Translations under genes and position numbers: made by a program
The notes under the pieces: model-generated
Told to the model about the DNA's origin: nothing
Database searches by the model: none
The model's input: the letters and a program-made list of their open reading frames with translations, nothing else
Shown here: positions 16,319 to 30,509 of the stretch, one piece after another
Numbering within the stretch: position 1 is the stretch's first letter
How the letters are laid out: each line of letters opens with the position of its first letter
Assembly (NCBI RefSeq): GCF_009914755.1
Contig: NC_060931.1
Length of the DNA: 64,000 bases
Strand: one strand, 5' to 3'
Origin: the human T2T-CHM13v2.0 reference genome, Homo sapiens

Positions 16319-18439
16319 AAAATAGAAGCTGCTGTGTTCAAATTGTCCTCTCTCCTAGGAATCTGTAATGGTCTCTTGTTGTTTAATAAGGCCAAGACTA
16401 AATTCATTTTAATAGCATAAAAATACAATTAAGAAAGTAAATCCATATTATGTGATTTACAGATTATCCTATTACTGCTCCAGGCAGCCATGTGCATAAT
16501 GGAGATGTTAAGCCTGAGATTGGGCATGGGGGTCAGTGGGCGTGGCACACAGACATGCCTCCATTGGCTTGATTTCAGCTGTCTCCTTCTGAACCAGGTA
16601 GGCACTTCCAGAACACCTCTCCTTCCCTTTCTTTTCCTTTTTTCCTTTCTTTCATTTCTGTGCTCCACTTTTTCTTTTCCCTTCTGAAATCCAAAGGTAA
16701 ACACAAGAGGAGAAGGCATGATCTTATGTGAAAGGCAAACATGGTGAACCACTGGAAAATTTCTTAGCCATTAAAGCCCAATAGTTCATTGGGCAGCTAA
16801 CCTTCCAGAGGATGGCAGCAGCTGGTGACTCATGTGGACAACAGGAAGCCAAGACAGGGAGAAGGGTGGGGGATGCACAAGTTCCAGGGAGACTGTAGGT
16901 CTAATTCTGACTCAGTGCCCAACTGGCTTGACTGCACTCTCTCTCTTATCCCCAAGGTGAAGGGTCAGAGATTAAGACTCCATTTTCATGAACTAATGGC
17001 AACACCTTTTGCAAATATAGGTGTGCCACACCAATGGTGACTTGAAGTGATTTTAATAAATATTATTCATAGTGACATAGCACAAAAATGCTAATAGACT
17101 TTGAATAAGGAATGACAGCCAAGTCTGGCAGTAAAAGGTAGATTGGACATTCAGTCCAGTAAGATGGGTTAGCCCAATGAGATGGGATACCCAGTCCCAT
17201 TTTATTTCATGTCACAAGCTTGGCTGAGCCCTCACCCCTCTTAGGTAGCCTCTAGGACTCTGGTGGAGGTGTCAGCTTTACTACACAAAGTCTGTACTTT
17301 GGCTGTGGCTTGTTGCAGGCACTATTTCTTGCCAGGGGCTTTTGCTAGATCTTTTACTTCAAAGACCAGCTGAAGTCTCAATTCTCCTGTGAAGTTTTTC
17401 CCTTATCTCTGACTGGATGGGGTAGTAACTTTTACATAGCATTTAGACATAGGAAGAAAGAGAGAGTCACTCCAGGTTGTCTTTTCTTCCCCACAAATTT
17501 GCCTTTGGACTGAAATCATGTTTTATGTTTAAAGAATTCCCAACAATGCCAAGCTTAGGATGTTGTAATTCTACATATGAGTAGAATTAGAAAAATGTGA
17601 GAGTTGGAAGGGATTTCATCAGTGGCCTGGCCCCAAACGCCTCAGTTTCCGGGTGAGAATGCTGATCCAGAAAGAAATAGACACAACCAAGTTAATTATG
17701 AAAGTTGCACTAGAACCCAGGTCGTTTGATGTCCAATTTTGTATTCTTCCACGGCACTATAAAGCCTTCTGATGGCTTGGAAGCTGGCTGACCCTGAGAT
17801 ATTTGTCCCCACACATAAACTCAAAGGGTAAGTAGAGAGATGGGTGGGTCATGGAGGGATGAGTCACCATGAGCTAGTCTCCTCGGAAGACTCCAGAACG
17901 TTCTCGGATCTGATAGCTCAACCTTAGGAAAGATGACAAGGCAAGGTACAGAACTGATTCATATGTGCTAGATAAACATCTGAAGACATTTCCCTTTTGT
18001 ATCTGGAAAGCAGGGATGGCAGGTCTGAGATGTCAGCTCCCTGAACTTGGTTCCTTTTGCTCCCCAGGCTATGATGGGATTCTGGTCTCTATATTGTGGC
18101 TGGGCCCTTAAAAGCAGAAAGAATTCACTTCTTGCAATGCTGATCCCTGACAATGGGAATTCCCTACCTGAAGTTAGTGTTTAGATCTACTGTTTGAACT
18201 TAACTGCTTTATGAGGGATGCATTTCCTTCCTCTCTCCATGTTTTCCTGCTGCTAACCAGAGCCTTAAGCATTTGGCTTTGGCTTTCTTGCCATTTTTGC
18301 TGAGGTCTATTGCTTTCTAATCAGGAAAATTTTTTCAAGAAAATGACAGCTCCTCAGAGACCCACAATACCTCAGCTCTTCTGTGGTTCATGCAGACCTG
18401 AGCAGCAGAAACATACTGTAAACATAGATTGTGTTCTGT

Positions 18440-18950
18440 TCACTCAACAGATATGCATTCCTTGTGTACCATATGCCAGACCTGCAAAAGGCATGGAGGA
18501 TATAGTTAGGGTGACACAGTTCCTGCCCTCAAGGAGCTTAGTACCTGGGGGAAAGACTGCCAATTACACTACAGTGTGATGAATGTTAAGGTGGGCATTC
18601 CAGAATGCTATGGGGGCATTAGGAGGGGAAGGTGGCCCACTCTTGGGATGGGTGCAGTGCAGTGGTCATACTTGCCAAAAGAAATCAGTCCAGGCAGGGG
18701 AAACTGCATGTACAAAGTCCTGGAGACCATCCTGAATACTCATTACGCAATGCCAACAAAGTTGTGTGATGTTGCTAGGCCATGAAGTTCAAGGGCAGAA
18801 TAGCAAACTATGAGGCAGAGTCAGTAAGACGAGGCAAGCTCACACATAGCCTTGCAAACCACATGAAGGAGATTTAACTTTATCTCAATGACAGTGGGGG
18901 AAATCAGTGGAGGTGTTGGCATGGGTGTGATGTGATGTCACCAAGGTCCC
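18440..18950 (-). mobile_element. L2 LINE 3' fragments
   Basis: cactcaacagatat...tatgccagac...cacagttcctgccctcaaggagctta. Confidence 0.65.
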
Positions 18951-19385
18951 AGGTGAGATGTCACATGAAGGTAATAACCATAATGATGATTATGATAATT
19001 ATTAGTATTGGTGGTAACTGTAATGTGTGGAAGGAAAATGTCCCTGATTGAGGAGGTGAACTGAGACAAAAAAGGCCAGCTTCTAGGTTTATAACAGTAT
19101 TGGAGTCTGATCATTTTCACTAGTAACCATTCTGGGAATTGTCCTAAAGAGAAAAGGCAAACAGAACTTCAGGCACAAAGATATTAATGAAAACATTATT
19201 TATATAAACAAAAATGTGGGAATATTCAAAATTTGCAATAAGAAAAGGAAGAGTAAATCAATGATATTACATGCCTAAAATGAAATACTAAGTAGCCATT
19301 GACATAGAGTCATCAGACTTTTTTAAAGACAAGGCAAGATGTTTATTATATAAATGAAAAAGTCACGATCTTACCTATGGGGGAA

Positions 19386-19417
19386 GTGTGTGTGTGTGTG
19401 TGTGTGTATGTGTGTGT
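19386..19417. repeat. (TG)n microsatellite within old L1M fragment
   Basis: Direct reading. Confidence 0.9.
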
Positions 19418-19507
19418 TTGAATTACATTCTAGCTTTTATTTTACATTTTAAGATATTTTGTAATTTTATACCATGAAGATACATTTCTTTTATCATAAA
19501 AAAAACT

Positions 19508-19662
<155 letters not shown>

Positions 19663-19959
19663 ATATATATTCATTGGAGTAAAAAATATTTTGATAACAA
19701 TGACCATCATGAACTTCTTTACAATCACTCAGTTCTAAATCACATTGATGGGCTGAAGAGGAGGAGCAGATAGATATTCATTAGAAAAGGGCTGGTATAG
19801 TTGTCCATACTGTTTACTTCTGCTTCCCTTCTGATTGGTCAATACCCTGTCATACTGTGGCTAAATATTTTGAATATCACCCCTGGAGAGGAATTTGTAT
19901 TACCAGAAGCTTCATTTCCAAAGCAGCATCTTCCTAAGAATGTGTATGTAGTTTCGGCA

Positions 19960-20135
19960 GGAAAGGCATGGGTTCTAATGCCAGTCCTGCTTCTTACCTG
20001 CTGGGTGACCTTGGGCAGATGGTTTTAATCCTTCTGAGACTTATTTATGGAACGACAATAACCCCAGAACTAGTGTAGGGTGGTTGTGAGAATAAATGCA
20101 TGTAGGTAAAAGCTCTGGCCCTAATGAGCACTCGA
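19960..20135 (+). mobile_element. MIR SINE
   Basis: tgggttctaatgccag...gctgggtgaccttgggcag...ggttgtgagaataaatg. Confidence 0.7.
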
Positions 20136-22602
20136 TGACCTCATCTTTCTTCACAGTGTATCAGAGGTACCACATACTTCATTGGTGGTTAGTCTTGTAG
20201 TCATGGGATCTCCAAAAAACCCTTGCCCAACACTGAATTCACCAAGTATCTGTTATGTCTGCCTAGTCTTTCAGGCTACCAAAAAGCTGTTGAGTATTTC
20301 TCTAAGAATTGCTGGTTTCATCATTGCTTTCAATGGTTCTCCTGGGCTGGGCCATTGTTGACATGGAGCATTTATTTGTTGACTCAACTCAGGTGCAGAA
20401 ACTTTCCATCAATACTCACCACCAGCACACCTACTGTGTGAACTTCTCAGGTGGTTTCTGATTGGGCGTGTGAAACACGTAAATATCCATGAAAACAGAA
20501 CTTTCCTGAGAGTTTTCCATCCAAGTAAAACCAAAGCTACTTCTTAGTTTTCTTTCAGCCAGAGCAAGATTTTCTGGTGGGGTTGTGATACTGCAGGAGG
20601 CGATGTGTGCATGAAGTGTTGTGATGACTGAATCCATTAAAACAGAGAATTCCAGTGCTCACTGATGATCTAGCTCAAATTCCCCAAGATCTTGTATTAC
20701 CAACAAGATTGGTTGTTCAGTTAGACAGAGCTCTTTTGTGTGTGTGCAATGGGAAGTTTCCTGTATTAACGTATATAATTAATTTCCAGACAAGAAAAAC
20801 ACTGCAAACATTGTTAAAAATGCATTTTATGTTCATTTTTAAAAAAAATTTTTTAAATCGGGATTTGATCTTCAATGCTACCAAATCACCTCTAGTAAGA
20901 CACAGGTCTGCAGTTAGTTTTTGAAGTGGATCCAGGATGGTGGTCTGAGGTTGCCTGTAAAGAATGAGGTTTTTCTGGCCTTTGGCCAAAGCAAAGTTAA
21001 CTAACGGAAGGGATAAAAATTGTCTTGTGTGGGCCAAGCTGATGTTGCTCAATAGGTTTTTTTCTGAATTGTGAGGAAAAGAGTTGCCTTATTTTTTCCA
21101 CTTCTGGAATCATGAGAACCAGGGCTGGGAGTGAAGTTGCATGAGTCACAGCAGTGCATACAATTTTCATATTGACTTTCAGATGTCAACAATTCCTTTA
21201 TCTGCATTATTTAACATTAACCAGGCACTGCCCAGACCTGCCCAAACCCTGTGTATGTAAGATGTTGCCCTTCTGCACCTGACAGCTTCCAACTCAGAGA
21301 GCTGAGGGAAAGGGGTCTCTGAGTCCTGGATATGTCCATCACCAAGCTGCTGAACAAAAGGCAGACACTAGGTGCCTTTGCACTTGGAGCCAAATCACTA
21401 CTGGGATGTGGGATTCCTAGCCTGCGGCAGATTCTAATCTGGGAACTGGAAAGGGTCTTGTAGTAAGGAAAGGGCAGGCATTCGAGGCAGGTGTCATGGG
21501 AGCGGAAGAGCTGGCTAGCAGCCTGACAACTGAGGAGGAAGGCAGAAAATCTAAACTCAGCACAATCTGTAATCCTGCATGGTGCAATCACTGACATCCA
21601 GTCCTGCTGGTTTCTCTCTGGAAGAAAGCAGAGAATTTTATAATGTGTTTCAGAAAGGTGTCAACATTCTCATCAATATCAAGGAAAAATTATTTTTCTA
21701 TTTTTAGATGACTGGCAATTATCAGATCCTGGGAGAAGGACAAGGCAAGATGCCTGCCTGGGGAAGCTGGGCTTTTGTAGGAAGAAAAAGGAATTAAAAA
21801 TGCAAGTTGGCTTCTGATAAGTGCCAAATAAATGATTTAGGGGGTAATTGCCTTGGAATTGAAAGAAATGAAAATAATTAGGGCTCCCTTAACCACCCGC
21901 TCCCAACATTGTATGACCAACTTCCTAGGGAGGGAAAATATATTTACTGGAAACATGATAGAACTGTCAGAAACCCAAGAAATCAATTACATAAATTGTG
22001 AAGCATAAGTCACAATGCTATTTGTTCTACAAGAGTGTAGAATTTGCAATTTTTCATTAAGATAGAAAATAAGAACGCACCACTGCTTCATCCAAGAGAA
22101 TCAGGCGCCCTCCCCGCCCCATGGTCTTCCTTGTTTCAATCATGCTATATCTGTGCAGGTGTTTTTGTTACTAACATTTGTCATTTGAGGTATATGAGAA
22201 GTCATTGGTCATCAGGTTAACTCAAGGGTGAATTTTATTTTTGCGTCTTCTGATAAGAACATTGGCTCTCATTTGTATTTAATGAGGCAATTAAACAGAG
22301 AAAATGGCCATGAGGAAAAGTAGATGATACGCCTCCATCAGGAGTCTACAATGTTGGCAGATCACTTTGTCAGAAATGTCAAGGACTGGCGTCATGAGTC
22401 TTGAAGGATTTAGGCAGGAAAAGAGACTAGGAAATTTTCCAGGGACTGTTATGAAAGACATGGAGGTGTGCATCAGGAAACACCTAGGGAAATAGTGTGA
22501 CTCAAGCAGAGGTTTCTCTGTAGGGACTTGGGGGAAATTGATTTAGGGTGGTAGGTGACATGGTGGGGTACCAACGAGTTGTTATTGCTTTGAGAAAACA
22601 TG

Positions 22603-23045
22603 CAGTCTTGGGTTCAGCTCCCTCAAAAGCAAACCTTGAGTGAGGAATTAGGTCCGAGTAGTTTACTGGGGCTGGGGAATGGGCAGGAGTGGGGAGAGGT
22701 GATTCCAGGAAGGATGAGAAGCAAGTGGGAGAGTGAGATGGGAGGTGGGAAAGCCAAGGAAGGGTGAGTGGATATGAGGATTATTACCATGAGCAACCAG
22801 GACTCAGTCCCATCAGGTCCTTGGAGAGACTTGAGGAACACATCTCAGGATTGTCCCGCTGAGGTATGAGGAAGCTGAGGTTTTCATTCCAACTCCATCT
22901 CTTATTGGCTTGAAGGTCGCTCTTGGGGCTTTAACTCCCTGGCACTTCTAGTTGTCCCAGGAATGGATCCCAGTATGGGGCCAGAGGAAACCTGGTATGG
23001 GGCAGAGGGAAACAGGTGCTGGAGGTGACTACCATCACCCTCTAT
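22603..23045 (-). mobile_element. ERVL solo LTR (LTR16-like)
   Basis: agtcttgggttcagctccctcaaaagcaaaccttgag...agtagtttactggg. Confidence 0.6.
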
Positions 23046-25542
23046 GGGAAATGTCGGCCAAGCTGCAGGTGACCTCCAGGTGGGCAGAGGAGATACGGGT
23101 GGGCCACCATCAACCTTCCGCCATGCGTTCTTCCTGCATCCAAGGAAATGTCTAAGAAGAAAACATTGGTTCTGGTATCCCCAGTGGCCCCTTTCTCCCT
23201 GCTTCTGTGCTCATGTGTTTCCCTTCCCATCCCACCCACCAGAACCCCTGATCCCTGTATCTTTCCAAGTAATTGGGTCAGGGTGAGGGCTCAAAGGAAG
23301 CTTTTGCTGTATACCAGGTGACCAAGCAAGGGATGTTTAATTATGGAATTTCAGCTGATTGAGAAATAGGTTTTGGGGGAGACAGAGACCAACCCAGAAG
23401 TTTGGAATCACAGTTACCTTCCAGGAATCTGCCAGATGTCAGGTAACTCACTGCCCTGGGGAAACTGGTGGGTTTTGTTCATGAACACATAGGACCATTT
23501 TATCTTCTAAAAGGCTGAAATCCGGGAGACATTCTCCTGTCGACATTCAGAATTGCCACAACTGTAAGCGACAGTGACTTTAGATGGGTATCTCTATAAA
23601 TTGAGGATAAGAAAATAAGAAAGAAGCTTTAAAAATATTAATTGGAATAATTCCTTTCAACAGGAGATCTTTCTTGCTCTTACAAGAGCAGCAAAAGAGC
23701 CCAAACTATCACAGAAACCATCAAGCAAGGATGGAGTAAGTCATCCTACACCTGAAATTATGAAATTCTCTATTCTTGACGCATGCAGTTATCACCACGG
23801 CAACTGATTGTCATGGCCTAGTGCAGACAAGAATACAAACACAAAGAGAAGTGGCATGAGCGGATGAACTGCGATTCTGTCTCTATGCAAATAGTCTAAG
23901 TCAGAAAAATGAAAAGAAGAAAATCTCTTAACATGAAAGTAGAATTAGGTAGGAATTGATTTTTCCCCCTCAGCATTTCTTTTTACATAGATTATTTTTT
24001 AAGTGGATTTTTTTTTTGTTTTGGTCTGGGGGGATGACAAGCCTGTTAGGGACTGGAATAATAAAAATCATAAATCCGGAAGGAGCTCAAGGGGTCACCT
24101 TGCTCAGCTTCTGGTTTTCAGGCAGAAGTGATCAGTAGCAATGATGTTCTGAAGGAGCCCGCGGGAAGGATGGTTCCAGTCTTTTTCAATATCCCAGCTT
24201 GCATGTTTTCACCTCTCCAATAGGACAGTCCCTTCTTACATCAATTGTGTATCTCTGTCCTGAATTTTAAGTCCGTGTTTTATATTCTGTTCTCACTGAC
24301 ACACTGAGCACAGCTGGGTACCATGCATGCTACTCTGCATTCTCGGTAATATATCTACCCTGGGTACTCTGGCTTTCTGGTATTCCTGAATCAGTAGCAT
24401 TGGTCCTACATGAAATGACTAAATAGAAGGGAGTGGGGAATAATTGGCTGGGGTGGAACTGCAGACTGCAAGTTGTCTCCCCAAATTCATGACATTTACT
24501 AAATTCCTAAATTTCTGCAAGCTGGAATATGGGCATGGCAGCAACTCAACTTCAGCCATCCACACCCAATGCCCTAAGAAATCATGGAGCAACAAGGTGG
24601 AAGGAACAGAGCTGCCCCTCCCACCTGGACAGCCCACCTTGGACCTGGTACTGAGAAAGAAACAAACTCTCCAACTGAAGGCAGCTGCACATTCAGTTTC
24701 TTGTTGGAGTAGCCTCTGTTGTGCCCAAACAGTACTACGGCACTGGTGCTCAGCCCAGCCAAATAGGAGGGACTCCATGTCAAAGAGCCATTCCCAAGCC
24801 AATGATTCTCAATGTCTTTTTTTTTCCCACCATAATAGACATGATGAATGACATTTACATATTCAACAGTCTCATGGGCAGACTCAAATTTTGAAGAAAC
24901 TGCCCCAAATCCTTTGGTCAAGTGAAGCCCCAGGCTAGCCCTGGTTGCCCACAAGTCTGATAGTCCCTTGCCAGGCTGCTCAGTGTAAGTGGAGGCTGGG
25001 GAAGCTGGGCTGGGGTTATGCACAGTTCCTGGCCCTCAGGCTGAAACATCCCCAGTTCTTTCCCACTCTAGAAGTAACAGCGATGTGCAACAGAGACTGC
25101 ACATTTGGGTATTAAAATGTGTGAATCACTCACAAACTGGCAGGTCAAGACAGAACCATGGTGAGCGCTTTCCCTTGGCAGGTTGCATTGGTGCAGGGAC
25201 TTGAGCAGAGCCCTAGGAGAGAAAGGAGAAAGGGCCTGAGGCACTGCTCCTTCTTGACGCCTAGTTTTTGTCCCATAGTAATATTTACACCACTTTCCAG
25301 ACCCCGTTACACTTTATGTCATTGATTCTCACTGGTGGTTGTGTTTCTTAGAGAAGGAGAAGGAATTGGATCCCAAGTCCCCAAAGGCACCACCACTCTT
25401 GGGGGCTCCCTTGCAGGGGTGCCTGCCTGTGATACAGGCACTTGGCTGCTTTACTCCCCAACTCCACCCCTATGTGGTTTTTATCCCTGGCAAGCTGGCT
25501 GGGCCAGGACACCTGTCAATTATTTCATTTGTACCCTGAGCT

Positions 25543-26013
25543 TGTAAATCCCCAAAATTGGAGACAAGTCTTGTTTAATTTAGAAAGTTTATTTTGCCAA
25601 GGTTGAGGACGCGTGCCCATGACACAGCCTCAGGAGGTCCTGACGACATGTGCCCAAGGTGCTCAGAGCACAGTTTGGTTTTATACGTTTTAGGGAGACA
25701 TGAGACATCAATCAATACATATAAGCTGAACACTGGTTCCATCTGGAAAAGGCGAGACAACTCGAAGCAAAGGCAGGACAACTCTAAGCGGGGAAGGGGC
25801 TTCCAGGTCATAGGTAGATAAGAGACAAATGGCTGCATTCTTTTGAGTTTCTGATTAGCCTCTCCAAAGGAGGCAATCACAAGCATTTATCCCAGTGAGC
25901 AGAGGGGTGACTTTGAATAAAATGGGAGGCAGGTTAGCCTTAAGCAGTTCCCAGCTTCACTTTACCCTTTAGCTTAGTGAATTTGGCACCCCAAGATTAA
26001 TTTACCTTTCACA
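25543..26013 (-). mobile_element. MER4A1-like ERV1 solo LTR
   Basis: TG...CA termini, reverse strand begins tgtgaaaggtaaattaatcttggggtgccaaattcactaagctaaaggg; 4-bp TSD agct (25539-25542, 26014-26017). Confidence 0.9.
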
Positions 26014-26524
26014 AGCTGTAGGCCTTGTTTGGAGCCAGGGGAAGGGTGTCACTGTCCCCTTTCCCTAAGGCACACACCATGGTCTTGGCCATCTGAGTAG
26101 TAGCACTCAGAACCTTTCTTCTGAGGGACTGAAGCAGATCTGGTCCCAGCTACACACTTGATGCATCTCCTACACAGGGCACTGGCCTGGTCCTTGAATG
26201 CTCCCAAAGGCAGGGTCCTTCTAGGAGGGGTAGCTCCAGATCTTATGGCACCAGGCATATGAAGAGGAGAAGAGAATAAGGCCATCTTAAAAAAGAAAAC
26301 CCCCCAAAATCCAAGGTAGGAATAGCTCTAAGACAAGACCACACTAAGGAGAAGTTACTCCACTTAGAAAATAGGAATTTAAATCTTTTTAATCCTCCTC
26401 CTAAGAACTTCTTCCTGTAAGTCAGAGTCCAGCTTTTGACCCAATCAGTTATTCTCCCCAAACAGTGGGTGGAGTGGGTGTTGGAAAGAAAAAACCTTGA
26501 GCACCCGATAGAGGTTGAATGGGA

Positions 26525-26695
26525 CGCACTCTTAACAGCCCTATGAGGCAGCAAGGACTGTTTACTATCTCCATTCTACTATGAGGAAACTAAAGTCCAG
26601 AGAGGGTAAATGATTTGCCCAGGATCACATGACAGCTTAGAGGCAAAGCCAAGAATAGTTCAATCTACCTGACTCCCTCCCATTCATGCTTCTCC
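26525..26695 (-). mobile_element. MIR SINE
   Basis: aacagccctatgagg...atgaggaaactaaagtccagagagggtaaatgatttgcccaggatcaca. Confidence 0.85.
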
Positions 26696-26809
26696 ACTGC
26701 CTCAAGATGGCATACAGCTTCTGCATCCCCTTCTCAAATCTCCCACCCCAGAAACTTACCTGATTATTTACCCATACATACTGACAGGTCCTGAAACATA
26801 AACCCACCT

Positions 26810-27200
26810 TCCTTGGTTAGAATTGCCCTGGAAGCAGAGCCTGGACGAGGACTTCAGTGTAGATGGCCTTTTGGGAGGAAATCCCAAGAAGCAGGAGTGA
26901 GGGAGTGAAGAGAGAGTGAGATGCAGAGGGAAGAAAAGCAATGGGATGTCATGGAGCTCATTACAGCTGTGGTAGCTGGGGCTTGGTCTCACCAGGCTCC
27001 TCTCTGAGGAACCCTGTAGGATGCTTCTTAGATTACCTCGCCAGCTGGGCATTTATCCTCTAACTCCTGTCCCCCACTGGTTGAAGATCGCCCACATAAG
27101 CTTCAATACTGCCCCTCCCACACTTCCAGACTGAGTAAGATCCACGAGCTTCAGAAGTTGCCCCTAAGCAAGAAAGTGAAGGGATGGGGCGAGTGTCCAG
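26810..27200 (-). mobile_element. ERVL solo LTR (LTR16-like)
   Basis: cttggttagaattgccctggaagcagagcctggacgagg...ttttgggaggaaatcccaagaagcagg. Confidence 0.6.
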
Positions 27201-27839
27201 CCAGTATATATCAGAATGGCCCAGCACAGCTGCACTGAAATCAGAGGTGGGCTGAAGGCAGGGCAAGAGAACCGCTTCACCACCCTTAAGACAGTTGGGG
27301 TCAAAAATGACATGGAAAGTGGGAATGACAGTGAGCGACTGGATGAATGAGATGCATGCGGGTGGCTGGGGAGGATGGACTGTGATGAGTGGTAGGAATC
27401 TTTTGCCTCCACCTAGGTTTTCTTCCAAAAAAAGCCCAGAATCTTGAGTCAGAAGATTGGCTCAAGTCCCAGCACTGCGGGGATCAATCTGTTTCACCTA
27501 GGACAACTAATTCTGTTTCTCTCACATACGTCACATGATGTTGTGAAGACCAACTGAGCTAATGTACACAAAGGGCTTTGTAGTGTGACCCGCTACACAC
27601 AGGTGAGTTGCTGTTGTTGTTAGAGACTGTAGTGTAAGGGCTGCTTGGGCTGTAAAAATCTCATATCCTTTCCTTCAGTACAACCAGTACCTAACTTTTC
27701 CATTTCTAATACGTAATGCAATTTTAACCTACAATGTATCAATGCTCCTTGCCCCTGGTTCTGCTAACTTTCATTAATTTTTCTCATTTGTCTTCTGTTA
27801 AATTGCTTTAAACATGCTTGTTTCAAGCTCTTAGACTTC

Positions 27840-28430
27840 GCTGCTGGGAGTAGAATATGGTAGAATTCATATGAAGACCAAGTTGGCAATATCTATCAAT
27901 ATGATAAGCGCATTTATCCTGTGGGCCAGCAAAACCACTTCTGACAATTTATTTTTCCTGATTATCTGCACACACATGAGATACTTAAGTACAAAATTAT
28001 TTATTGCAGTATTGTTTGTAATAGTGGGAGACTGGAAAGAGCCTGAGTGTTTACAATAGGGTATTTGTTAAATAAACCATGGTACATCCACACAGCAGAA
28101 TCCCATGCACTTGTTACAAAAAACACATCCCAAACCCCTGTATGTTCTAATACAGAAAGAGCTCTAGTTTATATTGCTAGATGATAAAGTAAGATGTAGA
28201 CCACTATAAACCGTATGCTACCTTTTGTATATGGTAAGGAAAAAAACTGAATATAGGAGAAAATAATAAAAATGATTACCAGTAAGGGTTGAAAGCTGAG
28301 AAGTGGGGTGAGCAATGTCAGAGATGAGAGTGTGCCTGTTCAATGCATGGCTTTTTATTCATTTTGATATTTGAGCCAATGTATTGCCTACTCAATAATA
28401 ATAGTAATAATAATAACAATAATAAAAAAA
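27840..28430 (+). mobile_element. L1ME-like LINE 3' fragment
   Basis: gctgctgggagtagaatatggta...tttattgcagtattgtttgtaatagtgggagactggaaa...aaataaaccatggtacatcca; (AAT)n tail. Confidence 0.75.
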
Positions 28431-28699
28431 AATAGTCCAGTTCCTGATTCTTTCACCAAATGAAAATGGGAAAACATAGCTGGGAGAGAGAAGCAGACTT
28501 GGTTTACCAGATGGCTGGTGGCAGAACTAAAATTCTAGTAACAAAGGGCTTGGGGAAATTCACAATTGCCGGCTGTCTATATGCTCTAATGACTCTAGTG
28601 CTCTGCTGTTATTAGGAACTTTGAAACAAGGAATCAAAAAGTGCTCCAGTCAAGTTCACTAACTACGCAAATAGGGTGGGGAGAGATATGAAGGTTTCT

Positions 28700-28900
28700 T
28701 AACATTATTACCATGATTATTTATCAGGAGCTTTTGCATGATTTTCTCATTTGATCTCCCCAACAACACTGTGGGATATTATTATTATCATCATTGCCTC
28801 TTTTTTATAGATGAGAAAACTAATCTCAGAGAGGTTAGAAAACTTGCCTGAGGCTACAAAGAAAGTTGGCAGTGCTTCCAGGATTCAAAAATCAGGCTTA
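28700..28900 (-). mobile_element. MIR SINE
   Basis: ctcatttgatctcccaacaacactgtgg...atagatgagaaaactaatctcagagaggttag. Confidence 0.8.
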
Positions 28901-30035
28901 TTTTGATTATGAGAGAAAAAAATAATCAGATATAAATCCAAATTATCCTACTCAGCTATTTGTTCAAAAACTGTTCAGTGAGCATCTAAGTGGCAGGCAC
29001 TACATGAGAACCTTGCTATGTATCTAGCAGATTGACTTTCCTTAAATATAGAATTGATGCCTTTTGTAGTGTGTTTCTAGGGTTCTCTATCTGTTTCCTG
29101 TTCTGTAGAAGGTATGGCAATCCTAGCCACTTGCAGTGTGAGAGGTGATCAAGGTTGACCCCTTTTATCACAGATTTTCACTCTATTGATGGTTGTTTAA
29201 GCCCTCCAAGAATGAGGAGAGACAGTAGAGTCCAGGTTACTGGCTCAGGTGCAGGTATCCTAAATTCTGCTACTTTGTGGCTTAATGAATGTCCTGTAGT
29301 CTGATCAATCAATCCTTGGGGAGGAGGAGCTAGTAAAAGTAGCAAAAAGAGGGCAGAGGTAGAAATGTGGTGGTTGGGGGGTAGAGGTATCCCCCTGTTA
29401 TCCCCCCATCTTTCCCATTTACACACTCATATCTGAGCAATGTTTCCCTTGGACTGTCAGAGAAGTATAAATAATGAAATTCCCCAAATCTCAGTGAGAG
29501 AATAGACATAATTTTATATTTGTGTTAACAACCTAAAAGAAAGATTTCCAGCGTAACTGAAAGCTTTTGGTAAAATGTGATGCTGATAAGTATTGAACCT
29601 AAATAATACTTTTCAGGGATCTTTCTCAGGCTGTGCCTGAAAAAAATGGTTATAGAAGCTCTTTCACTTGTGTGAAGCCCACAGGACAAGAGGGTGACTT
29701 TTCCTGATGGCCCTTCTGTTCCAAAAAGGAAAAAAATACTGAGAAATTTGGGAAATCCACCACATCATATGACATCCATTCACAAAACAACTTACAGCAC
29801 TCCAGAGTTTGTCAGTAAGAGGACCCAGAGCAGTGCCTGCCTATCTAGGACTTGTCTGAGAAACTTCCCATATAGTGCAGCTTTTTCAAGTCTGAAACAC
29901 CAGATTTCCTTGGGTATGTTATTCCCAACATCCCTCTCACTCACGCTAGATCCAATTCCATCCGATCTGAACTGTTTCCCTAGTTTTATCTTCCTTGAAA
30001 GGTACTGAGCTCAGAGAATTAAGAGTCACAGGGAA

Positions 30036-30325
30036 GGCCAGGTGTGGTAGCTCACGCCTGTAATCCTAGCAATTTGGGAGGCTGAGGTGGGCGGATCACG
30101 AGGTCAGGAGTTTGAGACCAGCCTGACCAACATGGTGAAAACCACGTCACTACTAAAAATACAAAAATTAGCCAGGCATGGTGGCGTGCACCTGTAATCC
30201 CAGCTACTCAGAAGCCTGAGGCAGGAGAATCACTTGAATCCGGGAGGCAGATGTTGTAGTGAGCCCAGATCACGCCACTGCACTCCAGCCTGGGTGACAG
30301 AGCTAGACTCCGTCTCAAAAAAAAA
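30036..30325 (+). mobile_element. AluSg-like, full length
   Basis: gatcacgaggtcaggag deletion diagnostic; perfect 15-bp TSD aagagtcacagggaa (30021-30035, 30326-30340). Confidence 0.95.
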
Positions 30326-30509
30326 AAGAGTCACAGGGAAGACAATGGTCAAGATGGACATTTGTCCAAGCTGGGAGACTTAACAATAAGCGAAAGGCAG
30401 CTCATTTCAAATCCACCAAGACAAGAGCCATAATTAAGTAATTCTAATTCCCAATTCCTATTCATGTTACGAAAGGCCTTATAGTTCTCTTCACCCTCTA
30501 CCCAGCAGG

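Noticed and set aside
24419-25023. Overlapping 127-149 aa ORFs in unique sequence
   Set aside because: No recognisable domain, open on both strands, and no supporting exon structure; chance ORFs of this size are expected.
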